The notes below the pieces were generated by a model. It ran no database searches, was not told the origin of the DNA, and saw nothing but the letters and a program-made list of their open reading frames with translations. Below are positions 1 to 13,504 of a stretch of 64,000 nt of DNA, in pieces; the first letter of the stretch is position 1; the number at the start of each line of letters is the position of its first letter. This DNA comes from Podarcis liolepis (lineage: Eukaryota), in the NCBI GenBank assembly GCA_965112155.1, contig OZ218106.1; one strand, 5' to 3'. The position numbers and the translations under genes are program-made.

Positions 1-349
1 CCCTCCTCAAATCTCCTTCTCTATTTTCAGTGTTCCAATCACACTATGACACCCTGCTCTGGCTACCAAAGGGCTAATTGACTCTGCTTGCTACTTGATC
101 TCTGCCCAGTGGTAAGATTGTACTGGAGAACCTGGGCTTGCTCTGTACATGTCTCTTGCTGATTATGTGTGTTTCCCCCACCAATGCACTCCCTCCCTTT
201 TCTTTTGAGCTGCCTGAAATCACTCTGAGGTAGAGTGCCTGTTATGTGCCAGTTTTGCAGGGGAAACATCACAGGAGGAGGTAAATGAGCTTCTAATGTC
301 AGCTGCATAAATGAGTTCAACTGAATCAGTTTCAACTTCACAGGAATCA

Positions 350-1170
350 GATTAAGCATGTAAGAAGAGCCCTGCTGGAACAAACATGTAGTCTGTCTAG
401 TCCAGCATCCTGCCTCCGGTAGAGGCCAGCTAAAAACTCTTGGGATTTTACAAGTATTTACATTAAGGCTGCAATCCTATGCACACATAGCTGAGAATAA
501 GAAGGGCTTCCTTCTGAATACACAAGCAAAGGACTGCACCTACAGTCTTATTGTCTGATGTTGTTAGATTGCCTTTAACATGTTGGGAGCCATCTTGAGA
601 GGGACAATCCAAATTAAATGATTTTGCACTCTTTTGCTGCCTGCTCACTTGGTTTATACAGATCTCTGGAGTTCTTTACAGCCTGTTTGGGTTTACACAA
701 TCCTGAATAATTAGGAGTCAACCTTGGCTACCTCACTGCTCACCCCTGACTCAAAATCAATGGAATAATTAAATAGCAATATTCTCAATGCAGAACCTTG
801 TGGGATCATCCTTCAGCTTACTTCCCTCCATTGTGAGAACTGTCCCTCTGCTTTCTGTTCTTTAATGAGTTACCAGTTCGTAAGGGGAAAGGCCATTTAT
901 CACCTTGGTTTAATCAGGAAACTCTACTGTTTTTGTCACAAGCTTTTGGGAAGTTCAGGTATGTTGTGTCTACTGGATATTTACGTGCTTATTGGCACTC
1001 TTAAATAAACCTAGAAGGTTGCTGAGGCAGGACTTGCATTTGCAGAAACTATGCTGTTCCTTCTTCAGCAAGTCTTTGATAAGCTGAATAATTTTAGTTT
1101 TTATAATGCTTTCCACCAAATTGCCAAGGACGGACATTAGACTAATGAGGTTGCAATTGCCAGGAATGTA
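350..1170 (-). mobile_element. CR1 LINE fragment (degenerate RT region plus 3' end)
   Basis: The minus-strand translation at 970-1182 (PGNCNLISLMSVLGNLVESIIK...EQHSFCKCKSCLSNLL) matches the CR1 RT motif PGNYRPVSLTSVPGK...QHGF.KG.SCLTNL. A CR1-like 3' end lies near 350-420. Boundaries are approximate. Confidence 0.65.
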
Positions 1171-1315
1171 ACTATCAATCATACTTTGAAATATTTCCTA
1201 GAATGGCCTAACAGATCCATTATCGTATCTGTGACATCTATTTAGTATTTAATGTAAACTGAAATTCTGGGAGAGAAAGCAACAACAAAGCGGGTCAGTC
1301 TACATGAAGTTAACT

Positions 1316-1681
1316 CAGTGGTTCTCAAAGGGTGTGGCAGAAGGGGATGGTAAGTGTAGTAGGAAGATTCAAAGACATCAGAGAAACATTTAAAAATTTC
1401 AGTATAGTATAGTATCAATTTTTTTATTTATTTGCAGAATATGGATAGGTATCTTTTCAAAATGAGAGCAAGAGTGATACCGCAAGCTCACACTGAGTTT
1501 GTATACATCCTTAAGGTACATATTGTGAAGCTCATTTATAATTATCAGTATATTTTGGGAATGATTCCTGTTCTTATGTAGCTGCATTGTTTTGTACTTC
1601 ATGTCCTATGATTGTGGTGAGGCATGAGGAAATTTTTATTCTGAAAGTGTGGCCCAGAGAAAAAAAGCTTGAGAACTACCG
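1316..1681. mobile_element. Non-autonomous hAT (Charlie-like) DNA transposon
   Basis: TIRs CAGTGGTTCTCAA / TTGAGAACTACCG; imperfect 8-bp TSD AGTTAACT (1308-1315) / AGTTAATG (1682-1689). Confidence 0.65.
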
Positions 1682-3313
1682 AGTTAATGGCATAGTTCTG
1701 TCTTCTTACCCATAGATTGCCAGAACAGGGAATCTAATTCAGATTGGTACTCTAGTGTAAAGGTAGTGGGGGGCTTTAACCCTTTCTTTCCCACTCTGTA
1801 TGCCCCCCATGAGCTGTTTGCATTGCAAAAAAAAGAAGAAAAGTTTGATGGAAATGAATGGGACTTTTCCCCAATGCAAATTGACTGTGTGTTTATGCAT
1901 GTGTGGGGATTCAGATTAGGACTACCCTGAGGACAATGGTTAACGCTTCCCTACCCGCACACCATCCTAAAGACTGAATCCAGGACTGACTATTTGGAAA
2001 CAACCACTCAGCGCGTTTAACTACACGGTTAAGGTTGCATGTAGTTCGGATATTACGGCTGTTCTTTCGGCTCTTGGATTCCTTCTGCTTCCCCTCATGA
2101 TGTTCTTGTATTCCTGCCTGCAGCTATATTTCCTGTCCTGGGGTCCTGTCTACATTGCTCATATGCAAGTGTTAATTCATTCCAATGCAAACACCTTTTA
2201 CAATGCCAAATTCTGAAGCCAAAATATAAATGGGCCTATTGATTGGTTTAAAATAACCAGAGGCAGCTCTAGCAGTATTGCATAAAGAGATTATAGCTCT
2301 TATATTCCAAATAAATGAGACAGCCTGACCAATTCATATATGCACCCATACAAATATGTGAGTAATTATGAATGCATGCTGTTTATAGCCAAACTGGAGC
2401 GGCAACTGGATTATATAGGCATTGTAGGGTACTCCCTGTTTAGCTGCTGTGAGATTTCAAGTTCTTGAGAACAATTTAGTTAAAAGGCATATGCCAAGAG
2501 AAGCTTGAAGTGATGGATTTACACTTTTCTTGACTCAGTGCCTTTCCCATGCCAACAGTGACATCCTGGGATAAAGCACAAAAAAGGAGAAGCAGTATGT
2601 TCCCATTATCCCAGGATTTGCCATTATCCCCTCTTCAAAGGAGAGCGATGTCAAAAGGGATTAAAACTCTCCCCCCCCCCCCCGCCCCCAGAATCCTACT
2701 TTTGGCACACATACACAAAAACCTCCACTCCATCTCTTTTCAGTAAAGGAAAACCAACCATCCGCTACTTGTGAGAAAATGATGCAGTTGTAATTGTTGG
2801 ATAAATATTATCAGTAAATAGAAATGCATTCTTTGTGGTTGAGGATTGGTTAGGTTATTGATTACTGTATTCACAATTATTCCTTCATGAAATGTCTCCA
2901 GAGTTGTTGACAATGGTCAGACTAAATGAAGTATATGCATTCTTAACTGAGGCAGACAACTTCTTAGTCCTAAAGTATTCATGTGGCTATAAATACCACT
3001 GACTTTATTAATCAGAAAAAAGTATTTTTGTAATTTTCCATTGTAACAATTTCCAGAGGGATAGCTGTGGTAGCCAGTGGTAGCAAGAAAAAGCAAAATT
3101 TGTTAAATTTCCTCATCTTTAAGGTGACAAGGCTTTTTGTTGTTTTTTGGGCTGTTCACCCATCACTTGAAATCCCATTTCATTACTGTAATTCATTTTT
3201 CTTCTCTTTTGGGGGCGTATTTTTTATTCAGCTACAAAATTGTTATCTGTCTTATTTGACAAAATCTTCCAGAATTTTATTAGGAGCATACTTTCTTCTG
3301 TTTATGCCCTCAG

Positions 3314-3507
3314 GTCACCATTGGACTTACTTGAATCTAAGCTTGAAAACTGAATCTGAAACTGTTCTGTTTTTCAAAGGAATGGATGACATAGCGCAAA
3401 ATCTGTATAATAAGATCAAAGACTTGAATGACCAGAATGAAAATACGAAGGCTCTTAAAGGAATCCTTATTAAAGATAGCATCTCTTTGTATAGCAGAAC
3501 TGAACTA
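3314..3507 (+). CDS. Candidate coding exon of an unidentified gene
   Basis: Pyrimidine-rich acceptor (ctttcttctgtttatgccctcAG at 3313). The 194-nt exon is open in one frame (GHHWTYLNLSLKTESETVLFFKGMDDIAQNLYNKIKDLNDQNENTKALKGILIKDSISLYSRTEL). Donor CTA|GTAAAT at 3508. No homology recognised. Confidence 0.35.
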
Positions 3508-4579
3508 GTAAATTGTTCAGTGAAACATTATATAGAACAGTAAATTATTCTAGACATCTTTCATGTAACATTTATTTTTAAGTTTTAAAAACAACGGTAG
3601 AACATTTTTGGGCCTTTGTCCCTCAAAGACTTAACACTGGGAACCATTCTAAAAATCAGTGCAGTGCTCAGTTTAGTAGAAAATAATCTATCGTTTTTCA
3701 GTGGTCTTGGACTAAGGGCCAAAGTACACATGGATGCTAAAAGTGTCCGTTCAAGTTATGCGAATCAACATTTCTCTCTAAATAGCAGCTATGGAGGCCC
3801 TGATCATAACTGGAAGCATGGTAGATGGAGGATGGAGGTAATAGAGTAAAATTTGTTGGGGCCATTACAGGGAAGGAAAGGGTTAACTACTCCCTCATGC
3901 TTTATGGTCCTGATTAGGGATAGAAGTTTTGGTCCCCACAATTCCTCATTTTTTCCAGTCTTCAGTTCATTCTTCACATGTCTGCAGCAATTTTTTAAAA
4001 AATAAAAATCCTCATTTTAGTGGGAATTTCTCTTAATAAATATATTTAGTATGCGGCTTTAGCTAATGCACACATTTTTGCAATCCGCTTCTCTTAACAT
4101 AATGTATCTTTGTGTGTTATTTTCACAAATAATATTCCTTTTTATACACCTTTCCCTCTAATGTATGCATTGTTCGTAAACATTGGTTTATTGGTGAATA
4201 ACATTGCAAAGTTCAGATTAAGTGTGACTTTTGAAAGATGGTGGCGTTTCAGTCCTCATATTTCCTGGAGATTGTACATTTGATCAATTCAGATTTAGAT
4301 GTAAAGTGAATCAAATTTCCCCTTGTCATGATCCTTATAACACGCGTGTGCGCACACACACACACACACCTTACTCAGAGATACACATCAGTTTATGTTT
4401 TATTTCCATGGACAGCTCTCATTTCCATCCCTGGTGACATTTAAAAATAGCTTCTCAGTATGAACCAGAAATGACCTGCCCAAACAATGAGAAGACTCTC
4501 TTCATTGTATTTTTTTAAAAAATAAAATACACCTACTTTTTTGTATCAATGTGTCTGTTCCTCTGTCCTCCTTTTCCAG

Positions 4580-4683
4580 AATAATCCATTCCGCCCTGCT
4601 CCCAATTTTTTGCCGCTGTCCATTCCATGCCGCTAGCCAAGCTTATACCCTCTTATGCATGGAAAATGCTATTTTGGCTCTAC
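4580..4683 (+). CDS. Candidate exon (possibly stop-codon-containing) of the same unidentified gene
   Basis: Strong acceptor (gtctgttcctctgtcctccttttccAG at 4579) and donor TAC|GTAAGG at 4684. In phase 0 it continues the previous exon as NNPFRPAPNFLPLSIPCR* (TAG 4634-4636). Confidence 0.35.
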
Positions 4684-5489
4684 GTAAGGACTGGAACTTA
4701 ACGAACTGAGATCACAATGTGGTGTTCTGTATGTGTGTTACAATTATAACCCCCCCAAATTGTACAATTTTATTTAACCGTTGTAATTACAAATGTTTCT
4801 ATTGCAAGTGGTATTTTCCCTTAGACACCACTTTGTGCCTCTGGGTAAGGACTAACTTCAAACTATGAATGATACCAAATCATTCTATAACTGCCGATTT
4901 TAAATTAAAGAAAAAAATGAATGAAAATGTTGCTACTTGTAAATTTCATTGTATATTTTTTGCAATTTTTATGTAGTCCCTGCACCCCCCTCAGTTTAAA
5001 TACAGTACTATCTAATGTTGGTGGCATTATTCATTGATTTAAATTGTCCATTACTTGTCTTTTTACTTTTTGTGTTTTGTATGTTTACCTCTCTGCTTAC
5101 ATGATCTATAGGTATTTTTTATAAACACATTCTGAGTTTGAAGGCAAATGGGGATTAAACAGATTTATAGTTTTTTAAAGTAAGTCTTTGTATATTGTTT
5201 GCCATGCAAGATTGCTTCCATATTAAGAAGGAAGTAGGACACATCTACTGGCAGGAATGCTGCCTGCCATCTGATATAGGCCTTGAGCGGTTGGGCAGCA
5301 TGGTCCAATACACAAACAGCAGCAGACCATGTCAACAGGCTTATATTGCCAGTGCTTTCTCTTAAGGTGACTTGTAAAAAAACAAAAACCCACAACTAAA
5401 AACACTGAAAGCACTGATATGAAGGCATTAGCTTGCAAACCTCACAATGTAGAGAACCACATGTGACAACTGCGCATATAATTTTGCAA

Positions 5490-5960
5490 TATGCAGCCAC
5501 ATTTAAATTAATTTATTTAAACATTTATACTTTGGGTGGTGTGTTTTTTTTTAGGAACTTCCTCCATAGTGTGGCTTACAATAAAACCAATTCCACCTAA
5601 CCAAACAATGACAAATACAATGCACTTAACAGATAAACCAGCATTAATTAAAAAAAACACCATTAATAAATCCAGCAAGCTTTCCAGCTATGACCCTCAC
5701 CCTTATTCTGCATTTAAAGCCAAAGTGAAAAGATAACTTTTTAAAGCTTTTTGAAAAGATTCAAATGACAAGAGTTATCCTGATCTCTGTTGGAAGTGAA
5801 TTCCAATGCTGAAAAAGGCCAAATTTTGTGTGCCCATCAGTCAGTTGTCGGCACTGCAACAGACTCTCTGACACTGATGTTAAGATATGTACAGGAGAAG
5901 ATGGGCAATTCTGTAGATATTCTAGTCCAAACCCATTCAGGGCTTTAAAGCAGCACGAGG
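5490..5960 (-). mobile_element. Degenerate L2 LINE 3' fragment
   Basis: The minus strand reads CFKALNGFGLEYLQNC...LFQHWNSLPTEIR, resembling L2 ORF2 C-terminal motifs (YKALNGLGP.YL...LWNSLP.EIR). An AT-rich tail lies at the left. Confidence 0.5.
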
Positions 5961-6095
5961 GTGAATCAGGCACTGCCACACCAACCTCAGTTGGCCTTCA
6001 GCCAGCCCCTGCTTGCCTGCCTTCTTTCAACCAGTCAGAGGGCAACATTGCCTATTGGCTTTTCCTTCCTTATTCTCAGTGTTGACATTATAGAA

Positions 6096-6344
6096 CAGGG
6101 GTCAGCAAACTTTTTCAGCAGGGGGCTGGTCTACTGTCCCTCAGACCTTGTGGGGGGACGGACTATATTTTGAAAAAAAAAATAATGAATTTCTATGCCC
6201 CACAAATAACCCAGAGATGCATTTTAAATAAAAGGACACATTCTACTCATGTAAAAACACGCTGATTCCCAGACCTTCCGTGGGTCGGATTTAGAAGGCG
6301 ATTGGGCCTGTTCTGGCCCCCGGGCCTTAGTTTGCCTACCCATG
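6096..6344. mobile_element. Non-autonomous hAT MITE
   Basis: TIRs CAGGGGTCAGCAAACT / AGTTTGCCTACCCATG; 8-bp TSD TTATAGAA (6088-6095) / TCATAGAA (6345-6352). Confidence 0.8.
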
Positions 6345-6499
6345 TCATAGAACTAAGGATGACGGAAGATGGGAACAAATCTGGAACTACCGTAGTTGGC
6401 TCTGCCTACGATTCCCTCTGGCTTCTCTTACTGTTGGTATCCCTGCCTTCCACCTTACCACTCCCAATGGGCACCAAGCACCACAATTTAAAAGTAATA

Positions 6500-6945
6500 A
6501 CCAGCACCAGGAGTGCACATGTTCTTGTGCATTTCTGGGTTCAATTCAAAGTGTTGGTTTTGACTGGGCTCTGTAAATGATTGTCTGCTTCCATAGGAAC
6601 TTGGCTGCCTATTAAGATAATCTTCAAAGGCCCTTCTTCAGGTGCCTTCACAGGCAATAACTAAAAACAGAACCTTTAATATGGTGGCACCACTGTTATG
6701 GAATACTCTCCTCACAGTTTTGCCTGCAAATGAAGCTATTGAGTTTCAGGTGCCAGGTTAAAACTGTTTTATTTCACCAACCTATCTGTAAGAAAGGATT
6801 TCTGTGCTTTATTGCTGACGTCTGTTTTGATTTACTGTATTAATATTTGTTGTGGTTTCTGGGTTTCTCACTGAAATATCCTTGCAAATTAACTCGGTTT
6901 AAAAGCAGGATAGATATGTATTCAGTGGGTAAGCAAATAAATAAA
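6500..6945 (+). mobile_element. Degenerate L2 LINE 3' fragment
   Basis: 'gttcaattcaaagtgttggttttgac' (QFKVLVLT) and 'ttatggaatactctcct' (LWN.L) match the L2 copy at 52556-53061; ends in a (TAAA)n-like tail. Confidence 0.55.
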
Positions 6946-7410
6946 ATATGCTGGGAAGTTATTGTTCCCTGGAATACACAGATTCTCCAAAATGCATTCA
7001 TGTGCGGCCATAAGGTGAGACAAAACCATGGGGGGCAGGGGCGGGTAGTCTCACATTATGTGAAAGTGCTTTTCTGTATTTTGGAACATTTGGAATGGCC
7101 CCCATTTATGAAACAGTTTGGGTTTCCCTGGTGCGTGACACCTCTAGGCTGTGTATTTTTACCCTTGTTACAATGTCTGGATTGCTCAGTAGTAGTGGTA
7201 AGACAATAGTTTGCTTAAGGGCAATATGTCATCTTCCATTTATTCATTAAATGGAACGATGAAGTGAAATGTTGAATCGTCTTATGCTTGGTTTCTAAAT
7301 AATTTCTCCACGTTTAAGATAAAGGAAGGATATTTTATAATTGAATAATTTATCCAAGTTTAAGATAAAGGAAATTATTTTACCTTCATCATTGCCAGTT
7401 AAACCCAGAG

Positions 7411-8068
7411 TATCATTCAGACTGCAAATCTGAAGCTTTGTTTGTATGGCTCTGGCCGTCTTGCCCTAGGTCTGTGCTGCCAGCCATGGCAGAGCTCAGT
7501 GGAGGGAGAAGCCAGTCAGCCTGCCAAGTTTCAGGGGGGTACTTGCCTGGAGGCAGAGTCCATATACAAGGTCCAGTCCAGTCTTAAGGTCAGAAGTATC
7601 TCAGTTCAGTAGTCAGATGATTCAGGGGTCAAGAAAGCTGAGGGTCCAGGAAGCAGCAAGTTCTGGTCAAGAATGACAATTACCATATTGTTTCCAGCAA
7701 CTGACTGAGGCTGGAAGCCCTGCTTAAGAAAGCTGGAGCCAGCTGGTTCTCATCAGGAGCAAGAAGGCTGATCAACACCAGGTGGAGTCACTTTGATTTC
7801 TGCTCCTTCAGGCTGCTGCTCAGCAGGTGAAGCTGACTCCTGGTCCATGACAAGTCTTACATTACTATGTCTGGAGATTTTCCTGCATCTGTGTCTGGCA
7901 TTTTCCTTTGGGCCAAAGAAGGGTAATAGCACTTCAGGCATCTGAGCTGAGTGCCCAAATATGTCTTAAGTCACAGAGTCCAGTACATGTGCAGGCAATC
8001 TTCCCTGTCACAGTTCAGTCAATACCAGCTTGGCTTCTCTAGCACAGCATCAGAATGGTGATATGACA
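7411..8068. mobile_element. Possible solo LTR (Gypsy-like)
   Basis: A block of higher GC content bounded by TATCAT...ATGACA (near TGTCAT/ATGACA inverted termini), similar in style to the LTR at 24431-24879. No TSD could be confirmed. Confidence 0.3.
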
Positions 8069-10441
8069 ACTCCAGCTAAGCAACCATTTCCTTAGGATGA
8101 AAATGAAGAGGGACAGGATGCTGGAACCCGTCAAGTATTGCTTTAAGATACAAAATACCTGAAAAAACTTCCTATGGGCTGAATGAAATGACACAAAAGA
8201 TGCATGAATGCACCTTCCAACATTTTAAATTTTGCTAAAAGAAGCTGCTGGGGGGATTTAAATTGGAGTTGTGACATGATGGGGTGCACTTAACCCTCTC
8301 CTTCCATGATGATCAGAATTGCCTGCACTGGAACTGTGCAGGGAAAAAACATACAGGCACTCATATTGCAGCTGGTTTTAGGAAGAGGACAAGGTTTTGG
8401 GAGATCCACTGGCATATCTCCTGTGTCATGTTTAGTTAGGTCCTTTGAGTGTAGGTGATAAAGATACTGTGTGCTGCTTAATATTATTCACATCATTGGC
8501 ATTATCCATTAAGCACTTATGACACTCAAGCAGCTAAGTTCCACCCAGCAATTTCAATATAAATGGTTGTGATACCTGGGGAAATAATCACATTTTTCCA
8601 CAAGTGATGACCCAGGAGATTTTGCTGCCTGAGATATAACATCCAAATGTTCTTCCATAATGGTAAAAATATTATAATAGCTAAATAATTGGAAATTTAA
8701 TGGTACCCCTGAAGTGAGTGATCTCACCCTGTCTAATGGCAGAACTGTCCATGTTTCCTAGCTACAAAATAGAGTGCATCTATTGCTAGAAAAAAAATCA
8801 TATGAATTGCAATACAGAGGGAAGATATCTAGACTTTGAACTACAAATGGGAAATAAATGTGCATGTGTTGTGCTAAAAACTGATTTCGGAAAGGCTGTG
8901 GGTTTGATCATGCAGTTATGGGCTTCTTCATGTAAGGAGCCACAGCTTCACTCCCCAATCCACAACCACATAAAGAAAAGTTAAAGCTACAGCATTTCCC
9001 ACAAGTGGGATCCAAAGGTTCCCTTCTACACAACAGAAAAGGCTTTTTTCTCCAGTGGAGAAAGTTCGTGTTAGAGGAAGCTTCCCTACTGGCAGAAATA
9101 ACCAACCCCATGTTTGTGGTAGCTGGGGGGGGGGGGAGTGGTTTCAGACTTGTAGACGTTGTTGCAGGCTGTATCTGTGCACAGCCCAGTTCACACCGCG
9201 AGCTTCAGACGCTTCCATGGAGACAGCAAAATAACAGTTTCTGAACCAATCCTATGTTTCTGTCAAGGTTAAAGCCAGCCCAAAATACAATTCACATTGT
9301 GTTCCCAGTTGGCATCTTTAACCAAGATACAGAAAACGCATAAAGACAGATATCTTCTGAGAGCACATTTTTTTTCTTGCTTAAATTGCTGGAGGTGGGG
9401 ACTCCTGTCTTTTTCACTCTTTGCTGAAGGTGTAGAAAAGAATTGTGTTTGGAAGTTGTTTCCTTATTTTCTCCTGGGTAGGGCGAATGCGGTGTATGGA
9501 AGAGAGCAGAATTTCTAACCCAGTTTGGAATTTCTTGAGTGCACAGCTATTTATACCGCAGTGTTCTCTCTCACTCTCTCTCTGCTTCTCCTGAGCTCTC
9601 AATAGTTTACAGGTTTCTACACTGATGAGATCCATTACTTAGAAAAATTACCATAATCCAATGACAGCCCTAAAGAAAGCCGTCGTAAGACTGATAACAA
9701 CGTGTCAGTTCAGAGAACTATGATATTTTAGTACTTCACTGCTTTCTACTGCAAATCTTTTCAGAGTTCTGTTGATATAACTAAATCTTCATAAAGGAAA
9801 ATCTGCTGCCTGCGCTATATTTAATAACACTTACTATGCCCCTGGGAAGGAGAGCTAAAATATGCACCTGTTTACATAGGAATTTAGATGTTTCAGTCTT
9901 ACTAAAGCTATATAGTTTAACTACAAATAGGAGGACTTGAGCTTCTTCTTTCATCAGCTGACATGAGGATGCCTGGGAGGGAGGGACAGTAGAGGTGGTT
10001 CTTTGTAGGCTCACCTTATTTACTGTTTACCTCAATGCTACACATCCTGTAGGAATTCAAGTCTGTCAGAGTTGGAAATAAAGTGTTGCTTTCTGGATCC
10101 CCCCGCCCCTGTAGTCCGGACCTACAGATTTCAGCCAGAAATAAGTACAACAGACCTGGATATTTCAATCTGGATTCTGTTAAATTTGTGGGATGCATAC
10201 AGAAACTGTTCTAGATTCCAATGCTGGTGATGAATCGATTGGAATCTGATGGTTTTCAGTGATTCCAGAAGTTTTCCTTTTGCTGTGCATGTTCAAAGGC
10301 CTACAGGCTACTCCCCATTTCCATGGGTGTTGCGTTTTAGGTCAAAGCGCACATTGCATAAGCCCATACCACCCATTCTGTCCCCGTTCTATTTCGTCCC
10401 CGTTCCGCCCTGTTCTTCCCTCTGTTCTTCCCCTTTCCTTC

Positions 10442-11300
10442 CTCAGTACCTCGGTCTTATCTGGATTGAGCTTCAGTTTGTTGGTTCTCACCCAGTCCTT
10501 TACCAAGGCAAGGCAACAGTCCAGCACAGCCACTGCCTCACCTGCATATGTAAAGGAGAAGTAGAGCTGTGTGACATCAGCATATTGCTGACATCACACT
10601 CCAAACCTCTGGGTAATCCCACTCAGCTATTTCATGTAGAGGTTAAACAGCTTGGGGAGTAAAATTGAATCCTGAAGAACCCAACATTGAAGGCTCCATG
10701 GGGCCCTAGCATCACCCTCTGGAAATGACCATCCAAGTAGGACCAGAACTACCACAAAGCAAAAGCCGCTGAGAGTTTGAGAATTAATAAGGACATATTT
10801 CTTCTGTCTCTCATCCTCATACAAGGAAACCAAAGCAATTTCTATGCCAAAACCAGACCTAAACCCCATTTCAAATGGATCTAGAAAATCAGTTTCCTTC
10901 AAGAGTGCCTGGATCTTGTTTCTGACCACCCACTCAGGAACCTTGCCCAAGAAGGGGAGATTGACAACTGGCCAGTAATTACTTAGATTTTCTAAATCCA
11001 GGGAGAGTTTCTTGAGGAATAGTTTTACCAGTGCCTCCTTTAAGCAGACAGGGACCACCCGCACTAGTAAGTAGGCGTTAATCGCCACTCTGGCCCAGCC
11101 AGCTGTCCCCTCCCTGCTTGATTTTATCAGCCAAGAGGGGCAAGGGTCCGAGTGCAAGTGGTCACCCTAACCAATCCAAGCACCTTGTTCACATCCTTGA
11201 GCCTTGAGTAACTGAAACACAACCATCTATGCCCTAGGATGAGCTGAGGTGGCCCTGTTGGTGCTGCTGCCATGGGGGCTCTCTGGGTGGTGCTGACCAA
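10442..11300 (-). mobile_element. L2 LINE reverse-transcriptase fragment (pseudogenised)
   Basis: Minus ORFs give DPCPSWLIK...LKEALVK...LDLENLSNYWPVVNLPFLGKV...LDPFEMGFRSGFGIEIAL...LFNLYMK and LDCCLALVKDWVRTNKLKLNPDKTEVL. These are hallmark L2 RT segments, with frameshifts and deletions. Confidence 0.85.
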
Positions 11301-11315
11301 TGACAGATCCACCTC

Positions 11316-11625
11316 AGTGGTGGTTCTCTTTTTGTGGAATGCTCACCTACTGAGGTGTATCTGTCACTAAATATTAACATTCAGGAGGAATGTACGGTAT
11401 AAACATTCCTGTTTACCGAGGCATTTGATAACTGGAAAATACTGCTCTTGAAGTTATTTGTTATGAGGGTATGTGGCTGTTATTAATTATTTTTAGATTG
11501 TCTTTAATTGTTTTGAAAAAGGTTTTAAATGGATTTCTTATTTTTAATTGCATTGTTTTACTACTTTGCTGTTTGACACTTTGAGCCCCATTTGGAAGGG
11601 CAAGATAGAAATTTGATGATGAATA
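11316..11625 (+). mobile_element. L2 LINE 3' end
   Basis: 'tcagtggtgg...tgtggaatgc' (SVV...LWN) followed by a T-rich 3' UTR and the L2-like terminal motif 'tttgagccccatttggaagggc'. Confidence 0.5.
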
Positions 11626-13504
11626 ATTTAGAATTCTTTTTATTATCTCTAGTCATTTGTAGTTAACTGATGTTTCTCTGCAGCTATAATTTTGGTTTGG
11701 TGTATTTTATTGCTATTTTAAAAACATGCTTGTTCTAGCTGGTGAAAACAAGGGAAGGTTCTAGGGTGTTTGTGTGGCTAATATATAATTGTTTGATGGC
11801 TGCTCAAAATGCCAGTGCTAGATTTGGATTCCCTGCCCAGACAGTGCCTGAATTCCAGTTTTTCATTGCTGGGGTGATGATGAATAAAATTAGCCATCAT
11901 ACAACACAGGGGGCAAGCAGGTTACAACTCCAGGGAACAAGACTGAAGTAAGCCTTAGTTATTATGATTAGGGAGTATAAAAGTGAAGTCAGGTGGCTTG
12001 GAAGTTTTTCAGAAGTCCTACTTGTTATAATTTGAAACCATTTTTATTATATTCAAAAGTGTGTGAAGTATAGAAGAGATATAATTCAAAACAAGACCAC
12101 CATCTAGGTTCTGTACTTAAGTGTTTGGATACAAAAGCTAGAACAAATGTCAAAGCGCAACACTTCAAATTTCACAGATGGTGGATGAATTTGCACTCTC
12201 ACCATATCCAGTGAATAGGTTGTATGCAAAGCTGTCAGTGCATGAGTAGAATGCACTCCTACTCACACAAGGGGACTTCGCCTCCCTCTCTTCCCTTATG
12301 CAATTCCCTGCTCCCCCAACCTGCTCCTGAATGTTGGGACCCCCCCGAAGCTGATTATAGGGTGTGCAGAGGGCTTCAGGGGAGAAGTGAAGAAAGTGAA
12401 GTCTCTTTATGTGAGTGAAAGCTTGTTCAATGGTGGATTATTACCCAATGTGATTTTAAAATAATGATGTGCTTTTATTCAAGTGTGGGATCTTTCACAT
12501 AATGGTGGCTAATGTACAATGTTGTTAGCTACAATAATATTTTCAGATCTCCCCTTTCCTTGTTCCTTTCACTGACATTCTCATCTCTCCAAGATGTTTT
12601 CCTTTGGCTCTCTCTGTGTGGGTATATTACTCCCTGTAGCTTTCACTGATTACTTTGTATTCTGGTATTAGTAACAGATAACATTTTGTAAAAAAAGAAA
12701 AAAAGACTTCAGATATCTATCCAGGCCTTTTGTAGTATGAAAAGAGGAATATAGCTGTGGCTGAACACATTTGTGCATTGGACTGAAAACACAGATCAAA
12801 GATGGGACTATTTTTCAAATCTCTCCTACCACTACAGTCTTCAGACTTGAACAGCTAGGCAATTTTAGCCAAGCTTTCAGTGGAATACTTTGCAAAATAC
12901 CATGTATTCTGCTTGCTTTCAAATACAGTTCTCCCTATTTGTTGAGCACTCTGTGATTCCAAGTTAGCAATAGTCTTCATTCAGTGAAGGGGAGAGCTCA
13001 ATTCAAAAGAATATTTGTGCAGAGCAGCCCCTTCTGCTGAAATGAGCAGGAAAGTCCATGCATAGGTAGAAGGAGGAGTGGAGAAATCTGTCAATTTGTC
13101 CCATGCTGTGATTTTTTCACATGTGTTTTTGTACACAATTTAAAGGGCAGTTTCTGCTAATATAATGTTACGTTATTTTCACTAATATATACGTCTTGGG
13201 TACCATGTCCCATAATATATTTACAGTGTCCCATGTGTGCAATTTTTCTGCTCTGTTTTTGGTTGGAGAACGGCATCATGAAATGCAAAGTGCAAATTTT
13301 GAATGATAACTTTTTTGGGGGGGTCTCTATTGGTTTTGGTAGTGTAAATTAGGTAGATCTGCATTAATATGTGAGTAAAAAAAACCACCCCCATTGTCCA
13401 ATCCCTAGGTAGGAATTCTGCTTCTGCACAAGTTTTGTTTTTGCAGATGCACATGCAAAGTGTGAAAGATTGAGACAATTCTCCATTATTCAGTTGCAGT
13501 CTGT

